Positions 40,070 through 54,000 of a stretch of 64,000 bases of DNA are shown piece after piece (position 1 is the stretch's first letter; each line of letters begins with the position of its first letter). This DNA is from Eledone cirrhosa (lineage: Eukaryota). Position numbers and translations under genes: made by a program. The notes under the pieces are model-generated. The model was not told the DNA's origin and did not search any database. It saw only the letters and a list, made by a program, of their open reading frames with translations. The stretch spans positions 8,184,001 through 8,248,000 of the forward strand of contig OZ024741.1 in the NCBI GenBank assembly GCA_964016885.1. Reading direction: 5' to 3'.

Positions 40070-40427
40070 ATATACGATATTAAACAAATGGAAACTATAT
40101 TTATAAAAGCATATTTATTTCATTATACATATTTCAGGGATACCATATTAAAAATATGGCATGCCTTCGTCAGATAAAATACAATATATAAACAGTTTTA
40201 TAAATAATTTTGACGTACCCTATTATAAGCGACCATTATATTTGGAAGCTTCCAAATATAATGGTCGCTTATAATAGGGTACGTCAAAATTATTTATAAA
40301 ACTGTTTATATATTGTATTTTATCTGACGAAGGCATGCCATATTTTTAATATGGTATCCCTGAAATATGTATAATGAAATAAATATGGTTTTATAAATAT
40401 AGTTTCCATTTGTTTAATATCGTATAT
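40070..40427. mobile_element. Spacerless palindrome with 179-bp arms centred on AAG|CTT (40248/40249), each arm carrying an HHR
   Basis: Arms are reverse complements with one mismatch found by eye. Flanked by (TA)n. Confidence 0.9.
40320..40374 (+). ncRNA. Hammerhead ribozyme motif (mirror copy on minus at 40123-40177)
   Basis: CTGACGA-AGG-c-ATGCCATATT-ttt-AATATGGTAT-c-CCT-GAAA-tatg-TA. Core and stem II are clear, the stem I register is ambiguous. Confidence 0.72.
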
Positions 40428-40509
40428 CTACTCCAAAAATTTGTCGAGTGCTTTATATCAGTTATAAAATATTTACTTGTTGTAACCCAACAATTTTAAA
40501 TAATACTTT

Positions 40510-40554
<45 letters not shown>

Positions 40555-40989
40555 CATATATAAATATATATATATAAATATAGGACAAAAGACAGACACA
40601 TGAACAATTGTCACTCGTCAACTGTCTACTGTGTGTTTTGGTAGTTTTGGTTACTTGAAAAGACAATACTCAAGCCAGGGTACTAATAGTCACTAGGAAA
40701 ATAGAACTAGTCGGGATACAACAGCAACAACTGATCATGTTAAGGACGGGGCAGATTGGGGCTTTTTCATACATTGGATCTGGAAACAAGACGAAGAATA
40801 CATGACAAATACATTGCACCATATATATATATATATTTATTGGCATATTATCATCTTTCAAATATCGATCAGCTCTGGATCCAATCATACTATGTACAAA
40901 AACAATACATTACAAAACGGACCATTGAATCAGCAGTCAGATGCTTAAGGTAGCGAACTGCCTGTAACTGTGGTTACGTACTTACGTTG

Positions 40990-41080
<91 letters not shown>

Positions 41081-41435
41081 TTAAGGATACTATTTATGGT
41101 TATGTATACAGTAAAACCTTTTAGAGTTATATATATTTTAAACCCTAAACAGTGAAGGTCAGTAATTTATTACTACCTTATTACCAGTAAGATAAATGTA
41201 ATAACATCAGTTGTTCTACAGAGCAGTTATATAGAAATTACATGAATCAAAGTTCTGTTCAAATCATTTATTCGCTTACAATTGTTTCTTCCAAACCGAG
41301 GTTTGCAGTCTTCGGAGCAATTTGTCAATGATTGTTTACATACTTGACCTCCTTTCCAACACAAGAGACATACAGAAACATATGTCTATATTGATGCACA
41401 GTGGGTTGACATCCATTATAATATTTAAGGTTGAC

Positions 41436-41512
41436 TTACGGGGTCGATAAAATAAAGTACCAGTAATGCACTGGGTAATTGCTGGCCTTGTGCCTAAAGT
41501 AGAGACAATTAT
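41436..41512 (+). mobile_element. 3' fragment of tRNA-derived SINE
   Basis: ttacggggtcgataaaataaagtaccagtaatgcactggg...ggccttgtgcctaaagtagagacaattat. Confidence 0.85.
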
Positions 41513-42018
41513 AATATTTAAGCATGGCAGTTTACATTTAAAGATTAAAGTCATATTAAAAGAAAATTACAACAAAATTAAAGTTATAATACAACATTGG
41601 CAGTCTATGAAGGTGATGCAGGAGGATAGTTAGAAGTAGTTAGTTACACGTGGGGCATGCACGTGTGTCCTATTTATATAAGATTATAGTGCGGTAAGGT
41701 GTTATATGGAATATAAGCACTTTAAGCGGGCAATCAAGAGTATTATGGGGGTTGTATAGTATTTTATATGTATGATATAGAAGCTTGTGTGCAGAGAAAT
41801 ATTAAAAATATTAAGAATGAGAAGCAAAACAGTGTTATGGTTTTCGTATACACCGCCATTTTCACAATCCAGGAAACGTAATATATAGATTATATGACCT
41901 TCACATAATCTACGATGATTCAATATTGGATGCTTGATGAATAAGGTTGGAATATTACATCTTGATGTAATCCAATATTATATAGCAGGTTATTTTTGGT
42001 GCGAGGCTTCAACAACTT

Positions 42019-45000
42019 CAGTACTCTCCATTCCTGACAGTGGGGCTAACATCCCCCGCCAGTACTCTCCATTTCTGACAGTGGGGTTAACATGCCCCGC
42101 CAGTACTCTCCATTTCTGACAGTGGGGCTAACAAACCTCGTCAGTACTCTCTATTTCTGACAGTGGGGTTAACATCCCACGCCAGTACTCTCCATTTCTG
42201 ACAGTGGGGTTAACAACCCCCGCAGTACTCTCCATTTCGGACAGTGGGGTTAACAAACCCCCGTCAGTACTCTCCATTTCTGACAGTGGGGCTAACAAAC
42301 CTCGCCAGTACTCTCCATTTATGACAGTGGAGTTAACATACCGCGCCAGTACTCTCCATTTCTGACGGTCGGGCTAACAACCCTAGCCAGTACTCTCCAT
42401 GTCTGACAGTGGGGTTAACAACCCCCGTCAGTACTCTCCATTTCTGACGGTCGGGCAAACAACCCTAGTCAGTACTCTCCATTTCTGACAGTGGGGTTAA
42501 CAACCCCCGTCAGTACTCTCCATTTCGGACAGTGGGGTTAACAACCCCCGTCAGTAGTCTCCATTTCTGACCGTGGGGCTAACAAACCTCGCCAGTAGTC
42601 TCCATTTATGACAGTGGTGTTAACATCCCCCGCCAGTACTCTCCATTTCTGACAGTGGGGCTAACAACCCTAGCCAGTACTCTCCATTTCTGACAGTGGG
42701 GTTAACAACACCCGTCAGTACTCTCCATTTCTGACAGTGGGGTTAACAACCCCGGTCATTACTCTCCATTTCTGACAGTGGGGCTAACAACCCTCGCCAG
42801 TACTCTCCATTTCTGACAGTGGGGCTAACAACCCCCGTCAGTACTCTCCATTTCTGACAGTGGGGCTAACAACCCCCGTCAGTACTCTCCATTTCTGACA
42901 GTGGGGCTAACAACCCTCGTCAGTACTCTCCATTTCTGACAGTGGGGCTAACAACCCTCGTCAGTACTCTCCATTTCTGACAGTGGGGTTAACAACCCTC
43001 GTCAGTACTCTCCATTTATGACAGTGGGGTTAACAACCCCGGTCATTACTCTCCATTTCTGACAGTGGGGCTAACAACCCTCGCCAGTACTCTCCATTTC
43101 TGACAGTGGGGCTAACAACCCCCGTCAGTACTCTCCATTTCTGACAGTGGGGCTAACAACCCTCGTCAGTACTCTCCATTTCTGACAGTGGGGTTAACAA
43201 CCCTCGTCAGTACTCTCCATTTCTGACAGTGGGGTTAACAACCCTCGTCAGTACTCTCCATTTATGACAGTGGGGTTAACAACCCTCGTCAGTACTCTCC
43301 ATTTATGACAGTGGGGTTAACAACCCTCGTCAGTACTCTCCATTTATGACAGTGGGGTTAACAACCCTCGTCAGTACTCTCCATTTCTAACAGTGGGGCT
43401 AACAACCCCCGTCAGTACTCTCCATTTCTGACAGTGGGGCTAACAACCCTCGTCAGTACTCTCCATTTCTGACAGTGGGGCTAACAACCCTCGTCAGTAC
43501 TCTCCATTTATGACAGTGGGGTTAACAACCCTCGTCAGTACTCTCCATTTCTTACAGTGGGGTTAACAACCCCCGTCAGTACTCTCCATTTCTGACAGTG
43601 GAGTTAACATACCCCGCCAGTACTCTCCATTTCTGACAGTGGGGCTAACAACCCTAGCCAGTACTCTCCATTTATGACAGTGGACTTAACATACCCCGCC
43701 AGTACTCTGCATTTCTGACAGTGGGGTTAACAACCCTAGCCAGTACTCTCCATTTCTGACAGTGGGGTTAACAACCCCGGTCAGTACTCTCCATTTCTGA
43801 CAGTGAGGTTAACAACCCCCGTCAGTACTCTCCATTTCGGTCAGTGGGGTTAACAACCCCCGTCACTACTCTCCATTTCTGACAGTGGTGTTAACAACCC
43901 CCGCCACTACTCCCCATTTCTGACAGTGGGGTTAACAACGCTCGCCAGTACTCTCCATTTCTGACAGTGGGGTTAACAACCCCCGTAAGTACTCTCCATT
44001 TCTGACAGTGGGGTTAACAACCCCGGTCAGTACTCTCCATCTGTGACAGTGGGGCTAACAACCCTCGCCAGTACTCTCCATTTCTGACATTGGGGCTAAC
44101 AACCCCCGTCAGTACTCTCCATTTCTGACAGTGGGGCTGACAACCCTCGTCAGTACTCTCCATTTCTGACAGTGGGACAAACAAGCCTCGCCAGTACTCT
44201 CCATTTCTGACAGTGAGTCTAACAGCCTCCGGCAGTTCTCTCCATTTCTGACAGTGGGTCTAACAACCCTCGCCAGTACTCTCCATTTCTGACAGTGGGT
44301 CTAACAACCCCCGCCAGTACTCTTCATTTCTGACAGTGGGTTAACAACCCTCGTCAGTACTCTCCATTTCTGACAGTGGGGTTAACAACCCTCGCCAGTA
44401 CTCTCCATTTCTGACAGTGGGGTTAACAACCCTCGTCAGTACTCTCCATTTCTGACAGTGGGGCTAACACCCCTTGCCAGTACTCTCCATTTCTAACAGT
44501 GGGGCTAACAACCACCGTCAGTACTCTCCATTTCTAACAGTGGGGCTAACAACTCTCGTCAGTACTCTCCATTTCTGACAGTGGTGTTAACAACCCTCGT
44601 CAGTACTCTCCATTTCTGACAGTGGGGCTAACACCCCTCGACAGTACTCTCCATTTCTGACAGTGGTGTTAACAACCCTCGTCAGTACTCTCCATTTCTG
44701 ACAGTGGTGTTAACAACCCTCGTCAGTACTCTCCATTTCTGACAGTGGGGCTAACACCCCTCGACAGTACTCTCCATTTCTGACAGTGGGGCTAACAAGC
44801 CTCGCCAGTACACTCCCTTTTTGACAGTGGGTCTAACAACCTCCGCAATTTCTCTCCATTTCTGACAGTGGGGCTAACAACCCTCGCCAGTACTCTCCAT
44901 TTCTGACAGTGGGTCTAACAACCCTCGCCAGTACTCTCCATTTCTAACCGTGGGGCTAACAACCACCGTCAGTACTCTCCATTTCTGACAGTGGGCTAAC

Positions 45001-48000
45001 ATCCCTCGCCAGTACTCTCCATTTGTGACAGTGGGTTTAACAACCCTCGTCAGTACTCTCCATTCCTGACAGCGGGGTTAACAACCTTCGCCAATACTCT
45101 CCATTTCTGACAGTGGGGTTATCATGCCCCACCAGTACTCTCCATTTCTGACAGTGGAGCTAACAACCTTCGCCAGTACTCTCCATTTCTGACAGCGGGG
45201 TTATCAACCCTCGTCAGAATTCTACATTTCTGACAGTGGGGCAAACAATCCCCACCAATACTTTCCATTTCTGACTGAGTCTAACAACCCTCGTCGGTAC
45301 TCTCTATTTCTCACAGTGGGGCTAACAACACTCGCCAGTACTCTCCATTTCTGACAGCGGGGTTAACAACCCCCGGCAGTACTCTCCATTTCGGACAGTG
45401 GGGTTAACAAACCCCGTCAGTACTCTCCATTTCTGACAGTGGGGCTAACAAACCTCGCCAGTACTCTCCATTTATGACAGTGGAGTTAACATACCGCGCC
45501 AGTACTCTCCATTTCTGACGGTCGGGCTAACAACCCTAGCCAGTACTCTCCATGTCTGACAGTGGGGTTAACAACCCCCGTCAGTACTCTCCATTTCTGA
45601 CGGTCGGGCTAACAACCCTAGCCAGTACTCTCCATTTCTGACAGTGGGGTTAACAAGCCCCGTCAGTAGTCTCCATTTCTGACCGTGGGGCTAACAAACC
45701 TCGCCAGTAGTCTCCATTTATGACAGTGGGGTTAACATCCCCCGCCAGTACTCTCCATTTCTGACAGTGGGGCTAACAACCCTAGCCATTACTCTACATT
45801 TCTGACAGTGGGGTTAACAACCCTCGTCAGTACTCTCCATTTATGACAGTGGGGTTAACAACCCTCGCCAGTACTCTCCATTTCTTTCAGTGGGGTTAAC
45901 AACCATCGCCAGTACTCTCCATTTCTGACATTGGGGCTAACAACCCTCGCCAGTACTCTCCATTTCTAACAGTGGGGCTAACAACCCTCGCCAGTACTCT
46001 CCATTTCTGACAGTGGGGCTAACAACCCTCGTCAGTACTCTCCATTTATGACAGTGGGGTTAACAACCCCCGTAAGTACTCTCCATTTCTGACAGTGGGG
46101 TTAACAACCCCGGTCAGTACTCTCCATCTGTGACAGTGGGGCTAACAACCCTCGCCAGTACTCTCCATTTCTGACATTGGGGCTAACAACCCCCGTCAGT
46201 ACTCTCCATTTCTGACAGTGGGGCTGACAACCCTCGTCAGTACTCTCCATTTCTGACAGTGGGACAAACAAGCCTCGCCAGTACTCTCCATTTCTGACAG
46301 TGAGTCTAACAGCCTCCGGCAGTTCTCTCCATTTCTGACAGTGGGTCTAACAACCCTCGCCAGTACTCTCCATTTCTGACAGTGGGTCTAACAACCCCCG
46401 CCAGTACTCTTCATTTCTGACAGTGGGTTAACAACCCTCGTCAGTACTCTCCATTTCTGACAGTGGGGTTAACAACCCTCGCCAGTACTCTCCATTTCTG
46501 ACAGTGGGGTTAACAACCCTCGTCAGTACTCTCCATTTCTGACAGTGGGGCTAACACCCCTTGCCAGTACTCTCCATTTCTAACAGTGGGGCTAACAACC
46601 ACCGTCAGTACTCTCCATTTCTAACAGTGGGGCTAACAACTCTCGTCAGTACTCTCCATTTCTGACAGTGGTGTTAACAACCCTCGTCAGTACTCTCCAT
46701 TTCTGACAGTGGGGCTAACACCCCTCGACAGTACTCTCCATTTCTGTCAGTGGTGTTAACAACCCTCGTCAGTACTCTCCATTTCTGACAGTGGTGTTAA
46801 CAACCCTCGTCAGTACTCTCCATTTCTGACAGTGGGGCTAACACCCCTCGACAGTACTCTCCATTTCTGACAGTGGGGCTAACAAGCCTCGCCAGTACAC
46901 TCCCTTTTTGACAGTGGGTCTAACAACCTCCGCAATTTCTCTCCATTTCTGACAGTGGGGCTAACAACCCTCGCCAGTACTCTCCATTTCTGACAGTGGG
47001 TCTAACAACCCTCGCCAGTACTCTCCATTTCTAACCGTGGGGCTAACAACCACCGTCAGTACTCTCCATTTCTGACAGTGGGCTAACATCCCTCGCCAGT
47101 ACTCTCCATTTGTGACAGTGGGTTTAACAACCCTCGTCAGTACTCTCCATTCCTGACAGCGGGGTTAACAACCTTCGCCAATACTCTCCATTTCTGACGG
47201 TGGGGTTATCATGCCCCACCAGTACTCTCCATTTCTGACAGTGGAGCTAACAACCCTCGCCAGTACTCTCCATTTCTGACAGTGGGTCTAACAACCCTCG
47301 CCAGTACTCTCCATTTCTAACCGTGGGGCTAACAACCACCGCCAGTACTCTCCATTTCTGACAGCGGGGTTATCAACCCTCGTCAGAATTCTACATTTCT
47401 GACAGTGGGGCAAACAATCCCCACCAATACTTTCCATTTCTGACTGAGTCTAACAACCCTCGTCAGTACTCTCTATTTCTGACAGTGGGGCTAACAACAC
47501 TCGCCAGTACTCTCCATTTCTGACAGCGGGGTTAACAACCCCCGGCAGTACTCTCCATTTCGGACAGTGGGGTTAACAAACCCCGTCAGTACTCTCCATT
47601 TCTGACAGTGGGGCTAACAAACCTCGCCAGTACTCTCCATTTATGACAGTGGAGTTAACATACCGCGCCAGTACTCTCCATTTCTGACGGTCGGGCTAAC
47701 AACCCTAGCCAGTACTCTCCATGTCTGACAGTGGGGTTAACAACCCCCGTCAGTACTCTCCATTTCTGACGGTCGGGCTAACAACCCTAGCCAGTACTCT
47801 CCATGTCTGACAGTGGGGTTAACAACCCCCGTCAGTACTCTCCATTTCTGACGGTCGGGCTAACAACCCTAGCCAGTACTCTCCATTTCTGACAGTGGGG
47901 TTAACAAGCCCCGTCAGTAGTCTCCATTTCTGACCGTGGGGCTAACAAACCTCGCCAGTAGTCTCCATTTATGACAGTGGGGTTAACATCCCCCGCCAGT

Positions 48001-51000
48001 ACTTTCCATTTCTGACAGTGGGGCTAACAACCCTAGCCATTACTCTACATTTCTGACAGTGGGGTTAACAACCCTCGTCAGTACTCTCCATTTATGACAG
48101 TGGGGTTAACAACCCTCGCCAGTACTCTCCATTTCTTTCAGTGGGGTTAACAACCATCGCCAGTACTCTCCATTTCTGACATTGGGGCTAACAACCCTCG
48201 CCAGTACTCTCCATTTCTAACAGTGGGGCTAACAACCCTCGCCAGTACTCTCCATTTCTGACAGTGGGGCTAACAACCCTCGTCAGTACTCTCCATTTAT
48301 GACAGTGGGGTTAACAACCCTCGTCAGTACGCTCCATTTCTTACAGTGGGGTTAACAACCCCCGTCAGTACTCTCCATTTCTGACAGTGGAGTTAACATA
48401 CCCTGCCAGTACTCTCCATTTCTGACAGTGGGGCTAACAACCCTAGCCAGTACTCTCCATTTCTGACAGTGGGGTTAACAACCCCGGTCAGTACTCTCCA
48501 TTTCTGACAGTGAAGTTAACAACCCCCATAAGTACTCTCCATTTCTGACAGTGGGGTTAACAACCACCGTCAGTACTCTCCATTTCGGTCAGTGGGGTTA
48601 ACAACCCCCGCCACTACTCCCCATTTCTGACAGTGGGGCTAACAACCCTCGACAGTACTCTCCATTTCTGACAGTGGAGCTCACAACCCTCGCCAGTACT
48701 CTCCATTTCTGACAGTGGAGCTCAAAACCCTAGCCAGTACTCTCCATTTCTGACAGTGGGGTTAACAAACCCCGTAAGTACTCTCCATTTCTGACAGTGG
48801 GGTTAACAACCCCGGTCAGTACTCTCCATTTCTGACCGTGGGGCTAACAAACCTCGCCAGTAGTCTCCATTTATGACAGTGGGGTTAACATCCCCCGCCA
48901 GTACTCTCCATTTCTGACAGTGGGGCTAACAACCCTAGCCATTACTCTACATTTCTGACAGTGGGGTTAACAACCCTCGTCAGTACTCTCCATTTATGAC
49001 AGTGGGGTTAACAACCCTCGCCAGTACTCTCCATTTCTTTCAGTGGGGTTAACAACCATCGCCAGTACTCTCCATTTCTGACATTGGGGCTAACAACCCT
49101 CGCCAGTACTCTCCATTTCTAACAGTGGGGCTAACAACCCTCGCCAGTACTCTCCATTTCTGACAGTGGGGCTAACAACCCTCGTCAGTACTCTCCATTT
49201 ATGACAGTGGGGTTAACAACCCCCGTAAGTACTCTCCATTTCTGACAGTGGGGTTAACAACCCCGGTCAGTACTCTCCATCTGTGACAGTGGGGCTAACA
49301 ACCCTCGCCAGTACTCTCCATTTCTGACATTGGGGCTAACAACCCCCGTCAGTACTCTCCATTTCTGACAGTGGGGCTGACAACCCTCGTCAGTACTCTC
49401 CATTTCTGACAGTGGGACAAACAAGCCTCGCCAGTACTCTCCATTTCTGACAGTGAGTCTAACAGCCTCCGGCAGTTCTCTCCATTTCTGACAGTGGGTC
49501 TAACAACCCTCGCCAGTACTCTCCATTTCTGACAGTGGGTCTAACAACCCCCGCCAGTACTCTTCATTTCTGACAGTGGGTTAACAACCCTCGTCAGTAC
49601 TCTCCATTTCTGACAGTGGGGTTAACAACCCTCGCCAGTACTCTCCATTTCTGACAGTGGGGTTAACAACCCTCGTCAGTACTCTCCATTTCTGACAGTG
49701 GGGCTAACACCCCTTGCCAGTACTCTCCATTTCTAACAGTGGGGCTAACAACCACCGTCAGTACTCTCCATTTCTAACAGTGGGGCTAACAACTCTCGTC
49801 AGTACTCTCCATTTCTGACAGTGGTGTTAACAACCCTCGTCAGTACTCTCCATTTCTGACAGTGGGGCTAACACCCCTCGACAGTACTCTCCATTTCTGT
49901 CAATGGTGTTAACAACCCTCGTCAGTACTCTCCATTTCTGACAGTGGTGTTAACAACCCTCGTCAGTACTCTCCATTTCTGACAGTGGGGCTAACACCCC
50001 TCGACAGTACTCTCCATTTCTGACAGTGGGGCTAACAAGCCTCGCCAGTACACTCCCTTTTTGACAGTGGGTCTAACAACCTCCGCAATTTCTCTCCATT
50101 TCTGACAGTGGGGCTAACAACCCTCGCCAGTACTCTCCATTTCTGACAGTGGGTCTAACAACCCTCGCCAGTACTCTCCATTTCTAACCGTGGGGCTAAC
50201 AACCACCGTCAGTACTCTCCATTTCTGACAGTGGGCTAACATCCCTCGCCAGTACTCTCCATTTGTGACAGTGGGTTTAACAACCCTCGTCAGTACTCTC
50301 CATTCCTGACAGCGGGGTTAACAACCTTCGCCAATACTCTCCATTTCTGACGGTGGGGTTATCATGCCCCACCAGTACTCTCCATTTCTGACAGTGGAGC
50401 TAACAACCTTCGCCAGTACTCTCCATTTCTGACAGCGGGGTTATCAACCCTCGTCAGAATTCTACATTTCTGACAGTGGGGCAAACAATCCCCACCAATA
50501 CTTTCCATTTCTGACTGAGTCTAACAACCCTCGTCAGTACTCTCTATTTCTGACAGTGGGGCTAACAACACTCGCCAGTACTCTCCATTTCTGACAGCGG
50601 GGTTAACAACCCCCGGCAGTACTCTCCATTTCGGACAGTGGGGTTAACAAACCCCGTCAGTACTCTCCATTTCTGACAGTGGGGCTAACAAACCTCGCCA
50701 GTACTCTCCATTTATGACAGTGGAGTTAACATACCGCGCCAGTACTCTCCATTTCTGACGGTCGGGCTAACAACCCTAGCCAGTACTCTCCATGTCTGAC
50801 AGTGGGGTTAACAACCCCCGTCAGTACTCTCCATTTCTGACGGTCGGGCTAACAACCCTAGCCAGTACTCTCCATGTCTGACAGTGGGGTTAACAACCCC
50901 CGTCAGTACTCTCCATTTCTGACGGTCGGGCTAACAACCCTAGCCAGTACTCTCCATTTCTGACAGTGGGGTTAACAAGCCCCGTCAGTAGTCTCCATTT

Positions 51001-54000
51001 CTGACCGTGGGGCTAACAAACCTCGCCAGTAGTCTCCATTTATGACAGTGGGGTTAACATCCCCCGCCAGTACTTTCCATTTCTGACAGTGGGGCTAACA
51101 ACCCTAGCCATTACTCTACATTTCTGACAGTGGGGTTAACAACCCTCGTCAGTACTCTCCATTTATGACAGTGGGGTTAACAACCCTCGCCAGTACTCTC
51201 CATTTCTTTCAGTGGGGTTAACAACCATCGCCAGTACTCTCCATTTCTGACATTGGGGCTAACAACCCTCGCCAGTACTCTCCATTTCTAACAGTGGGGC
51301 TAACAACCCTCGCCAGTACTCTCCATTTCTGACAGTGGGGCTAACAACCCTCGTCAGTACTCTCCATTTATGACAGTGGGGTTAACAACCCTCGTCAGTA
51401 CGCTCCATTTCTTACAGTGGGGTTAACAACCCCCGTCAGTACTCTCCATTTCTGACAGTGGAGTTAACATACCCTGCCAGTACTCTCCATTTCTGACAGT
51501 GGGGCTAACAACCCTAGCCAGTACTCTCCATTTCTGACAGTGGGGTTAACAACCCCGGTCAGTACTCTCCATTTCTGACAGTGAAGTTAACAACCCCCAT
51601 AAGTACTCTCCATTTCTGACAGTGGGGTTAACAACCACCGTCAGTACTCTCCATTTCGGTCAGTGGGGTTAACAACCCCCGCCACTACTCCCCATTTCTG
51701 ACAGTGGGGCTAACAACCCTCGACAGTACTCTCCATTTCTGACAGTGGAGCTCACAACCCTCGCCAGTACTCTCCATTTCTGACAGTGGAGCTCAAAACC
51801 CTAGCCAGTACTCTCCATTTCTGACAGTGGGGTTAACAAACCCCGTAAGTACTCTCCATTTCTGACAGTGGGGTTAACAACCCCGGTCAGTACTCTCCAT
51901 TTCTGACAGTGGGGCTAACAACCCTCGCCAGTACTCTCCATTTCTGACATTGGGGCTAACAAGCCTCGCCAGTACTCTCCATTTCTGACAGTGAGTCTAA
52001 CAACCTCCGGCAGTTCTCTCCATTTCTGACAGTGGGTCTAACAACCCTCGCCAGTACTCTCCATTTCTGACAGTGGGTCTAACAACCCCCGCCAGTACTC
52101 TCCATTTCTGACAGTGGGTCTAACAACCCTCGCCAGTACTTTCCATTTCTAACAGTGGGGCTAAGAACCACCGTCAGTACTCTCCATTTCTGGCAGTGTG
52201 CTAACATCCCTCGCCAGTATTCTTCATTTCTGACAGTGGGTTAACAACCCTCGTCAGTACTCTCCATTTATGACAGTGGGGTTAACAACCCTCGTCAGTA
52301 CTCTCCATTTCTTTCAGTGGGGTTAACAACCATCGCCAGTACTCTCCATTTCTAACAGTGGGGCTAACAACCCTCGCCAGTACTCTCCATTTCTGACAGT
52401 GGGGTTAACAACCCCCGCCAGTACTCTCCATGTCCGAAAGTGGGTCTAACAACCCCCGCCAGTACTCTCCATTTCTGACAGTGGGGTTAACAACCCTCGC
52501 CAGTACTCTCCATTTCTGACAGTGGGGTTAACAACCCTCGTCAGTACTCTCCATTTCTGACAGTGGGGCTAACACCCCTTGCCAGTACTCTCCATTTCTA
52601 ACAGTGGGGCTAACAACGACCGTCAGTACTCTCCATTTCTAACAGTGGGGCTAACGACTCTCGTCAGTACTCTCCATTTCTGACAGTGGGGTTAACAACC
52701 CTCGCCAGTACTCTCCATTTCTGACAGTGGGGCTAACAACCCTCGCCAGTACTCTCCATTTCTAACAGAGGGGCTAACAACCACCGTCAGTACTCTTCAT
52801 TTCTAACAGTGGGGCTAATAACTCTCGTCAGTACTCTCCATTTCTGACAGTGGTGTTAACAACCGTCGTCAGTACTCTCCATTTCTGACAGTGGGGCTAA
52901 CACCCCTCAACAGTACTCTCCATTTCTGACAGTGGTGTTAACAACCCTCGTCAGTACTCTCCATTTCTGACAGTGGTGTTAACAACCCTCGTCAGTACTC
53001 TCCATTTCTGACAGTGGGGCTAACACCCCTCGACAGTACACTCCCTTTTTGACAGTGGGTCTAACAACCTCCGCCAGTTCTCTCCATTTCTGACAGTGGG
53101 GCTAACAACCCTCGCCAGTACTCTCCATTTCTGACAGTGGGGCTAACAACCCTCGCCAGTACACTCCCTTTTTGACAGTGGGTCTAACAACCTCCGCCAG
53201 TTCTCTCCATTTCTGACAGTGGGGCTAACAACCCTCGCCAGTACTCTCCATTTCTAACAGTGGGGCTAAGAACCACCGTCAGTACTCTCCATTTCTGACA
53301 GTGGGGTTAACAACCCTCATCAGTACTCTCCATTTCTGACAGTGGGGCTAACACCCCTTGCCAGTACTCTCCATTTCTAACAGTGGGGCTAACATCCCTC
53401 GTCACTACTCTCCATTTCTGACAGTGGGGTTAACAACCCTCGCCAGTACTCTCCATGTCCGAAAGTGGGTCTAATAACCCACGACAGTACTCTCCATTTC
53501 TGACAGTGGGGTTAACAACCCTCGCCAGTACTCTCCATTTCTGACAGTGGGGTTAACAACCCTCGCCAGTACTCTCCATTTCTGACAGTGGGGCTAACAA
53601 CCCTCGCCAGTACTCTCCATTTCTAACAGAGGGGCTAACAACCACCGTCAGTACTCTCCATTTCTGACAGTGGTGTTAACAACCCTCGACAGTACTCTCC
53701 ATTTCTGACAGTGGTGTTAACAACCCTCCTAAGTACTCTCCATTTCTGACAGTGGTGTTAACAACCCTCGTCAGTACTCTCCATTTCTGACAGTGGGGCT
53801 AACACCCCTCGACAGTACTCTCCATTTCTGATAGTGGGGCTAACAAGCCTCGCCAGTACACTCCCTTTTTGACAGTGGGTCTAACAACCTCCGCCAGTTC
53901 TCTCCATTTCTGACAGTGGGGCTAACAACCCTCGCCAGTACTCTCCATTTCTGACAGTGGGTCTAACAACCACAGTCAGTACTCTCCATTTCTGACAGTG

